From: Raillietiella orientalis
Lineage: Eukaryota
Assembly (NCBI GenBank): GCA_036172245.1
Contig: JAYWIR010000007.1
Span: 4,712,001-4,776,000, forward strand
Direction: 5' to 3'
DNA: 64,000 nt
Shown here: piece by piece, positions 51,001-64,000 of the stretch
Layout of the letters: each line of letters opens with the position of its first letter
How positions within the stretch are numbered: the stretch's first letter is position 1
Made by a program: the position numbers and the translations under genes
The notes under the pieces: generated by a model
The model's database searches: none
What the model saw: only the letters and a program-made list of their open reading frames with translations
What the model was told of the DNA's origin: nothing

Positions 51001-54000
51001 TATTATAAATAGTCAATAGTTACTGACATTTTTACTCATTAAGTTACTTATTAAGCTACTGATATTATTAAACAAAAACTCTGGATAAGTGCCTTAATTA
51101 GTACAACTGGTTATACAACGTATTTTGCAGCAGGAGTACTTTCTTTAAAGATGCTAATTAGCTCACTGGTTTTACCAGCACAATAATTTGGGAGGCACAA
51201 TCTTTTAAATATCAAGCAGAAAGCTTTCCAATTATGATTAAGTATTTTTCGAAAGTCACGTGTCCCTAAATTTAATTCAGCTCATACATTCAAATTTAAT
51301 CTCTATTAAAAGCACAGAAAACGCATATACCCATAATTAAAGTTCGGATTATTTTCACCTCACTACAGACGTTCATAATGGATATGTTGCAAACTAATTC
51401 CTCTGTGCATACTATCCTTCATAAAACAACGGTAACTTTATTTAAGGTCATATCATGTAGAGAACTTCTAAGCAGAGAATGTAAGAACTCTGTTCACCTT
51501 TTATTTCTTTTAAAAATCACTTACAATGTACAAAACTTGACCATTCATTTTCGATATTTTTTTACTTAATTTCACTTAACAATTAACAGATGATTCAAGC
51601 TACTTTTCCTTCCGATACGAACTTCAACCACTGCTTGAATTATGTCCTGCTAGCCCTGATACACTGTTACCTCATTTCATACTAACCAAAACGGATCATA
51701 AGGAAAGGGATGAGCACATTTGCAAGTAAATGCTAAGAATTTCAACTTGTGTATATCTCCAACTCACGTTTATTTTAGTACCAGTATAACTTTTTTTCAG
51801 TTTGCTATTTTGTTCCAACTTCTTAGTAACTTAATAGATAATCCGTACTACTTTAAGAATCTGTCTGGCAACTGTGCTTCCTCCACATTACATACCAGCA
51901 TCGATATTTTCCATTCAAATCAGTTTCACTTTTCTTTCTTACATCCTACTGTTATTCAAGGCTAAGAATGCATCCACATACATATGCTCACAAAAAAAAC
52001 AACGAAAAATATACAGTGGAACAAGCTGATTTATAGATAAAACCAAAGTTTATAAATACACGAGTTTTTATGTCACAATATTAAGTTACAATGATTTTTT
52101 CTTTACACAGATGGAAGAACATAGAATCACGTATATCCATGAAATTCAGAAATCTCTTTTTCCTTTCAAAGAAGGCCACAAATATTTTGAACTTCTTCAT
52201 GATGACACCTTATTTTAAAAATCTAACTTTCCATTAAACAAGTTTTTACAATGTTTTCATAAACTTATTCTTATGCTATTCTATAATAACTACAAAGTTA
52301 TAAATAAAGGAGTAGCACTTGCTTATTTAATAGTTTGGATAAAATTAATAAAAAGTCATACTTTACCTAATTTGTAACATCACAGTATGAACAACTGTTA
52401 GAAGCAAATAATGCCTGTCATGTGCAGTACGTTCTTTCATCTTTTCAATTTCTCTTAAATAGAATAATGCAGCCTTATTTGCACACCAAGGCCCTAATAA
52501 TAATTTTTGTATACAGTAAACAGTATATTATCATACCCAACTCTTGCAAAATTTGCAAGAAATCTAACAAAATATTTTTTGGCTCTTGAGATGGATCTGG
52601 AATTTCTGATATAATATCTAAATATTGATCCCCATATATTGCTTGCAAATCATAGTTATGTTCATATAAAAAATCTAATGCTGGCTGTATAATAACTTTA
52701 AATTGCCTTGATAAATTTTCCAAACAAGTATTGTCATTTGTATTGTTAAATTCTATTAAGTACTCCTTGCAGTTTGAAATTCTGTCAAAAAATTGATTAT
52801 GAATTTAAGTTTCATGTTCAAAAATAAAGAATACGAATACAAATTTTGCAATTATTATTATTAGTGTTTCAAATTCATAAACAGGATGACTCAGTGTCCA
52901 ATAAAAAATAATTTACGAATAGAAAATTCATTACAAGCTTATTAGATGAAAGATGATAGATTAACATCAAAAACAATAATGGCAGTTTATATGAAAACAT
53001 AAAAGCATATGATTCTCAATATCTACCTCAAAAGTGACGTAATATCATTTGAACTATCCATGCGACACTTGAAAAATTTCTCTAGCTTTGAAAAACACTG
53101 TTCAATTGCACTAGGTTGGATCTGATAATTGAGAATAGGTGGTCCAAAACTTAGCATGTGTAAAGACTGATCCACGTTTATGCATCTCAGAAAATTGGAT
53201 ATAACCTAAGCAATTCAGAATAATTAAACACTCATTGATTATAAATACTTTACTGCATTATTTGAATTACTCATACAACATTAACAATGTGCACATAAGG
53301 ACAATAATTATAAAGTTAATATTAATTACATTTGATGCAAGACTATTTCCTATAATTAAGTGGCATTCATCAATTATTAAAAGTTGGATATTCTCTGGAT
53401 TAAAATCGCCTTTGCTAGCAATGTGCTGCACAACTTCTGCATGGCAAATAAGAACCTTAAAAAGATACAACATATACTGATTAATTTATTATTTCTAAAA
53501 CATAAACTAAATATTAACCTTCTATTTTATAAGTTAATTAAGATTTAAATACAAAGAACCTTTGATTAATTTTGCAATCTCGAGTTGACAATATAAGTAA
53601 TGTATTATCATTTGCACAATTTTTTGTTGAGAAACAACAGAAAAGACGAAAAAGCTTTTTACTTTAACTTCCATTCATTAGGAACTGGAAATGTGTGATG
53701 AGATGCAACTGACTGTTCACTTCTTTCAAAAATGCACAACTTACAAATCTTAAAATTAAAGCTGCTGAGAGAAATGTCTTTATTTAGAAGAAAAAACATC
53801 TTAATTGATATAACTTCAGCAAAAACTAAAACATCATCATGATCAGAACATGCACTTCAGCTCATACATGGAAATATCACATATTCAATAATGTAATACA
53901 AGATGAAAAAACAAAATATGCTACTGTATTATTATATTGTTAATTGATTTTATGATCTCAATTTTCATTTTAGAATAACTACCTTTACAAAACGCTTTAT

Positions 54001-57000
54001 AAAGAATTAATGTTTACTGTACCAAATCTTTTCCCTGTCCACGAAATTTTATTTATTTAATATAAAGGTGAAATAACAATAATGAAGTAGGATGCACATA
54101 ATCATTTCCAGAATACGCAAAATGCAACCAGTTTTTCTTCGTCAGAATAACATAGAACATCAGGTCACAGATGGATAAGAAAACACAATTCATGAATGTA
54201 ATGAGTATGGTATCTGTGTTCCTATTTAGTGTTCATGAAGTGATACAATTATGTTGGTAACACCTTGCAATAAAGAAAGTAAAAGAGTTACCAAGTAAGA
54301 AAACTGAAAAATTTTATCTAATACACTGTAGGAACTCAATTCTGCAGCTAGATAAAAGTAATCCCATAACATCAATCACTAGTTCCTAGTTTCTTTCCCA
54401 CCCAAATGATTGGCAGCTTGAAAATCTAATTGTCACACAATGAATCATCTGTGGCACCACAAACATGTCAAAAATAAATATTTATGATGACTTGTAAGAA
54501 TTGAGATCAATCTATCAGAACTACGATGATGCAGTTATGTCCACTTCTTATATCAATACATCCATGCAGAAATGTAAAACATACGCTACACTTACACAAA
54601 CACAAGTTTGCCACAAACAATCCATGAATCTTTGCACAAATAATTTTATTATACCATTTATATAAGAGATTACCTAAAGGAATTTCATCACTTCATCACT
54701 CACTTCAATTTCAACACCAAAGAATAGAAGAAACACGTTCTTGAAAGCCATGGGATACAAAGCGTTATATTGTTACAGGACTTTTCTCCTAATTCGCAGA
54801 TTTCTCGTACACAATGGTGGAAACAACTAATGACAATGAAAGCCCCAACCAAGAAATGCTAGGCCATAGGAAAATGAAAATTAATTAGCAAATACAGAAC
54901 TGTTACTGAGATGGCTGAAAAAATTAAATAAAACTGTTAGAACTAGCAAGCAAAGCTAGAACGAGCAAGTTCTAACCATCAAAATTTTCACATTTTTACG
55001 AGACAGAAAGAAAACAGTGTTTTTCGACATAGCATTACATAAGCACAGTGTTTCATGATTCAAAGAATATTCAATTCGTACTTCTACAAAGAAACATATT
55101 TACTACGAACCATAATTTGTATTGCAAAGTATGGAATGAGTATAAAGGACCATGTCCCTTTTGTGAACCATGGTGATCTCATCAAATGAATTCGCATATT
55201 TTTGTGAAAAGGTTATTTAAAGGGTGGTTTACATTCATACCAACAAATTCAACTAATATCGAGTACATGGATGTTCACTTTGTTTGTTTAAACAATTATG
55301 CTCACAAGCAGATAGTAATAACCACCTTATTCTCTTCACTTAAAACATAATGGACCTGACATAAGAAGGGAAAGTCCAAAAACAGTAAAATTAGTTTTTA
55401 CTGTTTGATTCCAACCATGCATAAGATGATAAACAGAATTTAAGACATGACACAGACCTGAACGATTCCAAATGTAAACACATGGCTGTCTCAGATTACA
55501 AATAAAAGTACACTGAAATCTAGTGCTAGAGTATAGTGTTGTTCTAGTGAACATTATCAATGCCACATAAATTTTGGGAACCAGGAAGTATACTGAACGA
55601 AAGATATCAAAAATTCCTTTAGCAACAATGAACAAAAATTATTATCAATCGCCTAAGCTTTCATGATAGGAAATGGCCCAATTAAAAGCATCCACAGATT
55701 TTTCAGATTTTCAAAAAAACTGAAGTAAGAAATCAAGGAAAGTTTGCTTTCAATGTAAAACATGTCAGACGCTCCAAAAGAAATTTACGCAACATGGCAG
55801 TTGAAGAAAAGCTTGATCAAAGATATACCATTAAACATCTTGATAGAAGAAATAAGAAAATATTTTACGAAAGTAATGAAATATTCAAAACCAAATAATT
55901 CTGTGTTTACAACTGTACATGTGTCAGTCATCTGCACATGTCTTTTCTATCAAATTGGTCAAAACATATATGAAAGTGTACTATAGGTAACCATCTAGCC
56001 AATTTAAACAAATCATATATTCAATTTCAAGTCATATAAGACTTCTATTTAATGGGAGCTGGAACAGAGATACAATACAGCATGGTAATTGAAACAAGAC
56101 ATGTGCTTATCTCTACATCTCCTGATAATATGTAACAATAAAAACAGAATCTATATTCGTTAAAGAGATCCCCAGCGTAATGCCCAAGTTTTGCACATGC
56201 AGCACATGTTCTGATATAACCAAATACATCAAGTTAACAATTCTATCTTTTGTCTTGCTAAAAAAGCAAAATAATAAAACATTTCTTTCTTCATCAATGA
56301 ATGGAATTTCCTTGAAAACAAAAACAAATAAAAAAAAAGTTAAAATATAAAGTTTTCTGTGTTGAGCTCATCAATCATAAACCATAAATCAAGAAATCAC
56401 TGCATTTATCATAATACAAATGCATCACACGACTTCTCAAAATACATGTAAACAAAGTACATAAAACAATACAAATTCTTTGAGCTTTAAATTTGTTAGA
56501 TGCATAATTATGTAAATTTTAATGAATCCTGGGTGGAGCAAAGATTTTGATGCAATGTTGTAGGCAGCACATGAGCTTTAAAGAGCCAAAGTGATTTTTT
56601 TGAAGCATAAGAGGCTTGTTGCTTTGATTTTGTCATCACATCTTACTAATGTATGTGAAATAGTTCATATAAAGTTTAAAAATAAATCACAAACGATTAG
56701 TTAATAGGAAATTTTTGAGCTACAGGTAGTAAATGTGAAAAATGCATGCATATGCATTAAAAGAACCTCAATTCTCAGGAATTTTGTTGTAAAGTGTTCA
56801 CCATTGGTATCACTCAAAACTTGAATTACAACTTCTCAATTTGTAAATAAAGTTTCAGATAACTTCAACTTTTCAACAATCCCTTACAAAATATTGCACC
56901 ATAAGTGTTGTCTGCACAAGTCGAAAAAACAAATGAAACCTAATGAATGCAATCACAAGTGCAATCAATAGAAACTAATAAATAAGCTTTTCAAAGAGTA

Positions 57001-58397
57001 TGCTTTTAGCATTTCATGTGTTGTCACTCATCTTGCACTAGTGTGACTAATCCTGTACATCCAAATATATATCACACTTTACAATATCTAGTATATAAAA
57101 TGAACTGGGAAACTATACGTTTTACATAAGCATAATAAACTTTAAACAAATTTTATCTTTGATCAACTTCAATCAGAATTATTCAGAGTTGGCACAACTT
57201 TTTCTTTCAAACAATTTCATAGCCATAAGTATTGGATCCATAGAGAAAAGAAACGAATTACACATAAATATCAAGTTATTCATATCAGGTTTGCACACTG
57301 TTGTTGAAGAACTCTGCATACTGTAACATAATACAAAAATGTTGCAATTAATAACGTACCATATGTAATGGTGTGAGTTGCAAAATTCCCTCATCTTTAC
57401 AAATATATAATTTATCTAAAGAAAGTAATTTAAAATTTTATTTAAAGAAAGTGATTTAAAATTTAGAAACAGGCATCAAATTTTGATTAGTCCATATATG
57501 GACAAATCAAAATTTATTTGCACAAAATTAAACTGATTCAAGATGTTTGCATTCATAATAAATCAAACTAATCAAAACTTGATTTCAAAAGTTATCCTTA
57601 CTTTGTATTTACTTATATCATCAAAATTGTAATCTGTGATATTCATGATAGCTTTTACTTGAACAGTTAGAAATCTTGTCCAGAGCAGTTCTATCCATTT
57701 TAAAACACTGCGATCAAAACCAACGTAGAGAATCAATTTTTTGTATGATCTAAAATGGTATGTTTTCAGGCCAGATCAAGAGATGATATAAAAAAATCAA
57801 GCAATAAATGATTATAAAATTATATCGACTTCAAGCAACTGATTAAAAATGGGCACCCAGAAAATGAAAGGATTTCATACAATTATAGTAACTGTTATTT
57901 CATGGAATACAATTATGATTCTTTCATTTTTTTCTTTCAATTCTCCTGGTATTCATAAAAATTTTCATATAACAGATTTACTCTAACAAGTTCACAGTAG
58001 TCTCTATAAACACAATAAATATGATCTTTAGTAAAATTTTACATAAAGAAATGCAAGAGTGAATACCCTATGAAAGATACATGCATCTACTAACCGATTC
58101 AACTTCATGATTGTTTCTTTAACAAGCATTAATGATATGAAGGTTTTGCTGCTTGAATTGATTAAACATATTATGTTTTCTTTCAAAGCAGTCAATAAAA
58201 GTTCTACCTAAAATAAGAAAGTATTAGAAGAAATTATTGATATGCTGCTAACTTTTCAAGTTGGCTCAATTATGAGCATATTTCATTTATCAGTCATGGC
58301 AACATAATGATGAAGAAAACGTGCTTACCTGATAATCTTTGGATATAAATGAGTAATTACTAATATTAGTATTAATCACAATGGATTCGGAAATCAT
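39041..58397 (-). CDS. Dcr-1: Dicer-1 (miRNA-type RNase III endoribonuclease, ~1953 aa, 24 coding exons)
   Basis: Exons (minus) 58397-58329, 58207-58095, 57749-57602, 53455-53330, 53205-53027, 52781-52537, 52493-52367, 50350-49845, 49788-49643, 48469-48357, 46995-46764, 46680-46532, 46485-46344, 46294-46076, 45974-45795, 45753-45540, 45488-45331, 42337-42159, 42100-41847, 41804-40062, 40015-39795, 39748-39586, 39356-39281, 39200-39041; total 5862 nt. DYQVELL, DECH, LGPWC, DUF283 ([14 protein letters not shown]), PAZ ([18 protein letters not shown]), RNase IIIa ([25 protein letters not shown]), RNase IIIb ([26 protein letters not shown]), dsRBD ([19 protein letters not shown]). Confidence 0.96.
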
Positions 58398-58799
58398 CCT
58401 TACGCTAATATTCAAATTCTTGAAGTGTTTAAACGATAGCTTGATGAAAGCAACTGTCACATACTTAATTCTACTTTTATTGGAAGTCCAACTCCTCAAA
58501 AGGATTTTTCTTCAAATCTGAAAGATACCGTGCCTTTAACCTTTGGATAGAAAACTTCAATACGTGCGATTTCTTAATGCACTGACAATCTTTTGTTTAT
58601 AGAACCTTCTACAGCTCCACTTACACAAAGTACAAATGCACTGTTAACACACCGGCAGTTCAACAGTTACTAATAACATTCTGATCATTTCGATGAATAG
58701 ATTTCTACAAAATACACACATACTATGTACAAATTTTCGTACTTTTAGAGATCCAACTTGCTACCTGCTACCAATCGTATTTTTCCATGAAAAAGTCAC

Positions 58800-59500
58800 A
58801 ACTTTATCCGAATGATTCTTTTCGCGGAGCATTTTGCGACACTCGATTTCAAGAGACTATGACAGCACGGAACCCATCGACTTGTCATTCGTATCCGTGG
58901 GGTTTCCACTTCCGATCCGTGCTTCCGGGCATCCACTTATAATATAACAAACTCCCCACGGCCACAGAAAAGTGCTCCGTGCACCCACATTGCACACGAG
59001 GTGCTTCTCGTTCCGCACGCGCCCGCGTGACGACAGGAACGCCGCAAAGTGTGCTGCTGCGACCACGTGATCCGTCGTGCGTTGACATCACGTGACCAAC
59101 GTGCGGGCATGAATCTCGTGACGACTCCGGGAGGGAGCACGTGTTAGCACGATTCCAAAATGTGCCACTACATCACAGTGTACTTTCGAAATGTGTTCGG
59201 CATGTGCGAGTATCGTTTCGAAAATGCACCACATCACAGCACACTTTTGAAATATGTTCCTTTTACGTGTCAATGTTTCCATCGTACTTATAAGGAGGCG
59301 TCTGATGTAGGATCTGTTCACGAAACCCTGACTGTTCCAAGTGTTTCCATTGATTTTTGATTTTTGGACAGGAGAATGGATGCGCGGGTCTGTCATTCCG
59401 ACATCGAGTCTGTCAATTCATGCTCGCATGCAGGACGGTGCAACAAGCATTTTTCAGCTCAGCTGTCGAGCACTGCATCCCCTTTGTGGCACACGTTGGC
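58800..59500. promoter_or_regulatory. CpG-rich putative Dicer-1 promoter (possibly bidirectional with PC4 copy)
   Basis: CpG-rich island in AT-rich context upstream of the Dicer-1 ATG; ETS-like CTTCCG motifs (~58909, 58922); three CACGTG E-boxes (59064, 59089, 59138). Confidence 0.5.
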
Positions 59501-60236
59501 TCTTGATGTCTCCAATGATTGAAGTCTAAAACTAGAAACGCATTTCGTTAGAATATAGAAGCACCCGCTCTAAGAATCAGCGAACCGCCCAATTTTCGTA
59601 AAGGAGAATGCGAGAACGCTAGTTGCACGTTGGAAACTGATTTACACGCCAGCCGAACATGAAACGGTTTTTAAGTATCATTATTTTGAAGTATCACATC
59701 ATACGAATGATGTAATGTCGAAAATAAGAAACATTTTTGGTGTTCGGTTTGCATGTAAATTAGCAGAAAAATTTCCTTTCCAAATGAGGACCATTTGACG
59801 TGCTAACTTGATCACGAATTTCCTCTTCCAGATGGGATCACTGATTTCCGTTATTCTTTCTTTATTCTCCATAATTCCGCCGGAGAAGCAGAGGCACATT
59901 TTTCTTTTCATTGTGATTTGTGAGTTTCGAGGTCTTTTACCACATCACTACTTGATAAAAGAAACGACCGCTAAGCAAAAGCTCTTTAGAAACTTTTACC
60001 ACAGAACAAGGTTCATTTTGCACAGTTCCAAACCTGAAGTTTAGATAGCACGTACATTAAAGATTCCAAGAATCATATCACTGTTGCTTACGAATAAGAT
60101 TGCTACGAGGTTTTCGTATTGTGATTCATTGTGAATTCAAGCATAAAGGACCGAGTTACTGACTGCGGAGAAATAAAAAAAAAATGCCTTATATTTAATA
60201 CCGCATCTAATCTAGGGCTTGTATTGGGAGCAGCAA

Positions 60237-60650
60237 ATGAATGCCTATCCAGAAATGGAAATTCTATGTTTAAGCTCACAGTATCTGTATAGCATTAGAC
60301 ATGGATTAACATCCGACAAGGTGTGTTACGATTGCACGGTGGTGACGAAAGTCAAGAAACGTGTACCGAAGTCAGAATCTGGTTCAGATTCAGGTCCTGA
60401 TGATGGTGGCCCTCTATTGAAGAAAACCAAAAAAGAAAATGCAGACGGTTCACGAATGTGGCGTCTTGAACATAAACGTTTTGTCAAAGTTCGTGATTTC
60501 AGAGGTAAGGTGTACGTTGACATCCGTGAATATTGTGAAGCAGACGGTGAATTGAAACCAGGGAAAAAAGGCATCAGCCTTTGTGCAAAGCAGCGTCATA
60601 CTCTGAAAGGTTTCATCGGTGAGACAGATGGAGCTCTGGAAGAAACTTGA
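60237..60650 (+). CDS. SUB1: PC4/Sub1 (Ssb-c31a-like) ssDNA-binding transcriptional coactivator homolog; intronless, possibly retrocopy/pseudogene
   Basis: SDSGPDD..KRFVKVRDFRGKVYVDIREY..GELKPGKKGISL PC4 signature. Homology starts at ~60342 (gtg acg aaa gtc aag aaa, where MPK.. is expected); in-frame ATGs at 60237/60255 precede non-homologous sequence. Confidence 0.75.
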   Translation: MNAYPEMEILCLSSQYLYSIRHGLTSDKVCYDCTVVTKVKKRVPKSESGSDSGPDDGGPLLKKTKKENADGSRMWRLEHKRFVKVRDFRGKVYVDIREYCEADGELKPGKKGISLCAKQRHTLKGFIGETDGALEET

Positions 60651-62810
60651 ATGGTTATGAAATCAAATTTTGAAGACGAAAACCCATTTCAGTCTTTCAC
60701 GGAGTAATCAAGTAACTCAAACTGGTCAGTTGCCAGAACAGGAAGCCGTCGTGGAGTTGTACTGGCGAGTACATATCAATCAATTTAGGTATTGTGACAA
60801 ATCTGTGCATCTGTTCTTTAACTGACGTCGTATTTTGAGATTCACAGATGCTTATAGAGTGGTACATTGGTAAAGAAAAAAAAAATATTCCAATTACTTG
60901 ATAATGATGAACTGTGATCATTCGTTAATAAAAAGATGACGAATAATTTAGGAAAATAAATTTCTCTTCAACACCTGAGGCAGAGGAGAGTTGGTTCCCT
61001 AAAATGCATAATCATTCAGTCAAGCACGGAGTGCAAAACACATACTTGCATAATCCCACAAGTGAGATTGTCTTACATGTACTCTGGGAAGTTACTGCAA
61101 TTCAATAATGCAGTGGCAGGTGGAGCACTTAGAATTTTGATGGAAGACTGCTCATCAGTTTGTAGTCGTCGCAGGAGACTGGGATCGAGCAAGTAGGTGT
61201 CTGCTGAAGCCATTAAGCACGCTTCCCTCGAATGTGCTTCCGTGCAATTTGTATTTATTGCAACTGCACAAGTAAAGGAATTTGAGAAACTGATACGAGC
61301 CCAAAGGTAAACAAACTTTCTTCTCAGTTACGGATGCAAACAGGAAAAAACATTTTGAAAACTTTCACACTTGAAGAGACCCTTGAAAACATCTTCGACC
61401 TAGAAAATGAGATCCCAAATTTTCGAGATTCCATTTTGAAGGAACGCTCGTTTATTTGATTTAACATCATTGTATAACAGCTTTAGCTCTAGCTGCAAAC
61501 AGGTTTTAGCATTCAGTTGTATCTCAAAATAAGTTATACGGTTTCTATTTGAGTGGTATCAAATGTAGACATGTTGTTGGATAAGAAAAAAAGACACAAA
61601 ATTATCTGATCCACCAAAGTCAGCTGAGATACTGAAATTTCAAAAGTATATGAAATCTTATAAAGCTCAGGACCGACCTTTGTGCAAAAGGACTAGTGCT
61701 ACGAAATGTTCAGCTGTGGTTCAGTCTTGGTGAATTATGTTTAAAATTCTGATACTTGGTCGTTAGGAAAGAGTACGAATGTTCCATAGCATATCTTATG
61801 AGTTTGTGCTGGTGTGGCCTTAAAATGCTTGTGACGGAACGAATAAAGAGAAAGAGTTGAGTTAAGATGGGGGTACTCTGCTTCTTGCAGCTACACTTTA
61901 CAAAGCACAGCCGGAATTCGGATGCATTGGAAATCCCACTTTATAAATTGCACAATAGCATAGTTAAAAATTTCTTCGGTCGGAATTGCGTGTCGGTCGC
62001 AACTTATCTCAAAGCAAACGTTCGTGATATCTTTGGGAATTTGAGCCAGCATGAGTAAAGAACGCATGTACAGAATGGATCTCGGCTTCCGAGAAAGCAG
62101 GTGGGTGGGATAGGCTTGCAGTTGACGTACCATCCACTAGAAGCGGACGAGCCTCTCCGCTCGCAAAAGTTGCATTCGCCTCAAATGTGGTGTCGCGTGA
62201 AACAACATTGCATGGGTTACTTATGTTGAGAAAATTCAGGATGGCATTCCCGTTTCGATTTATTTATTTTTACCACGAAACAGTAACTGGAAGCCGTTCT
62301 AAAATTTCATAAGGTTCATGGCTCAAATCACAGACAGGTCAAATAGCCCAGGAATTTTAAAGCTTCTCTTCTTGTCCCTGAAGTAATAACTCGACGCCGG
62401 GATCCGCAGACCTAGAGCGGAAACCCTGAAGTAATAAGGAAACATCTTCAGGAATGCTGCATTAGAAAACAGGAACTCTTGTAAGAACTGCGCAGATGTG
62501 CATGTTGCTCTACCAATCCATACTTTCTGCCCTTATCCTTGCAGTTGAAACTTACTCGTTACGGCATCGTAACTGCATGTTATACTTGACCACTAGGTTA
62601 TGTACGTTTGATGTTTATTTAGCATATTTGATTGCCAAGGCACGTAATTGGCCTCGCTGAGGGCTTATGCAAACCTTCGTATTTTATCCTCAAGAATAAG
62701 TACAAAAATAAATATAATGCAAATAATAATATTTTGAATTACAGACTAGACAGTAACCTCTATTACAGATACTGGAATTATACAAAACTTTCTAGTAATA
62801 AAAACATGGT

Positions 62811-64000
<1,190 letters not shown>

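Noticed and set aside
57411..57462. 26-bp tandem duplication in a Dicer-1 intron
   Set aside because: Two-copy AT-rich slippage duplication, not an array or CRISPR-like structure

Overview
Eukaryotic genomic DNA, very likely arthropod, judging from arthropod-type Blimp-1, d4 and Dicer-1 motifs. No prokaryotic features, rRNA/tRNA or CRISPR arrays were seen. I reconstructed four spliced genes by hand from splice-site phase and conserved motifs: Blimp-1/PRDM1 (+, 10 coding exons, 6740-14017), d4/DPF/Requiem (-, 9 exons, 31203-28177), Dicer-1 (-, 24 exons, 58397-39041) and the 3' part of V-ATPase subunit A (-, runs off the window end). There is also an intronless PC4/Sub1 copy head-to-head with Dicer-1. 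A decayed Tx1/L1-like LINE lies between d4 and Dicer-1, and weaker RT-like relics occur elsewhere. The first ~27 kb (Blimp-1 domain) is GC/CpG-rich and saturated with microsatellites and G/C runs, whereas the housekeeping gene bodies are AT-rich and CpG-poor, with the switch also occurring inside Dicer-1. The most interesting points concern an atypical Dicer-1: eroded helicase motifs, His-to-Leu in the PAZ 5'-phosphate pocket, a possible RLR-CTD-like CxxC...CxCG zinc module inserted in the helicase, and a CAG-TAG 'poison' tandem acceptor. Many introns are only 40-47 nt. I cannot demonstrate a wholly new biological system from sequence alone. Most long ORFs in the track are repeat-driven artefacts.
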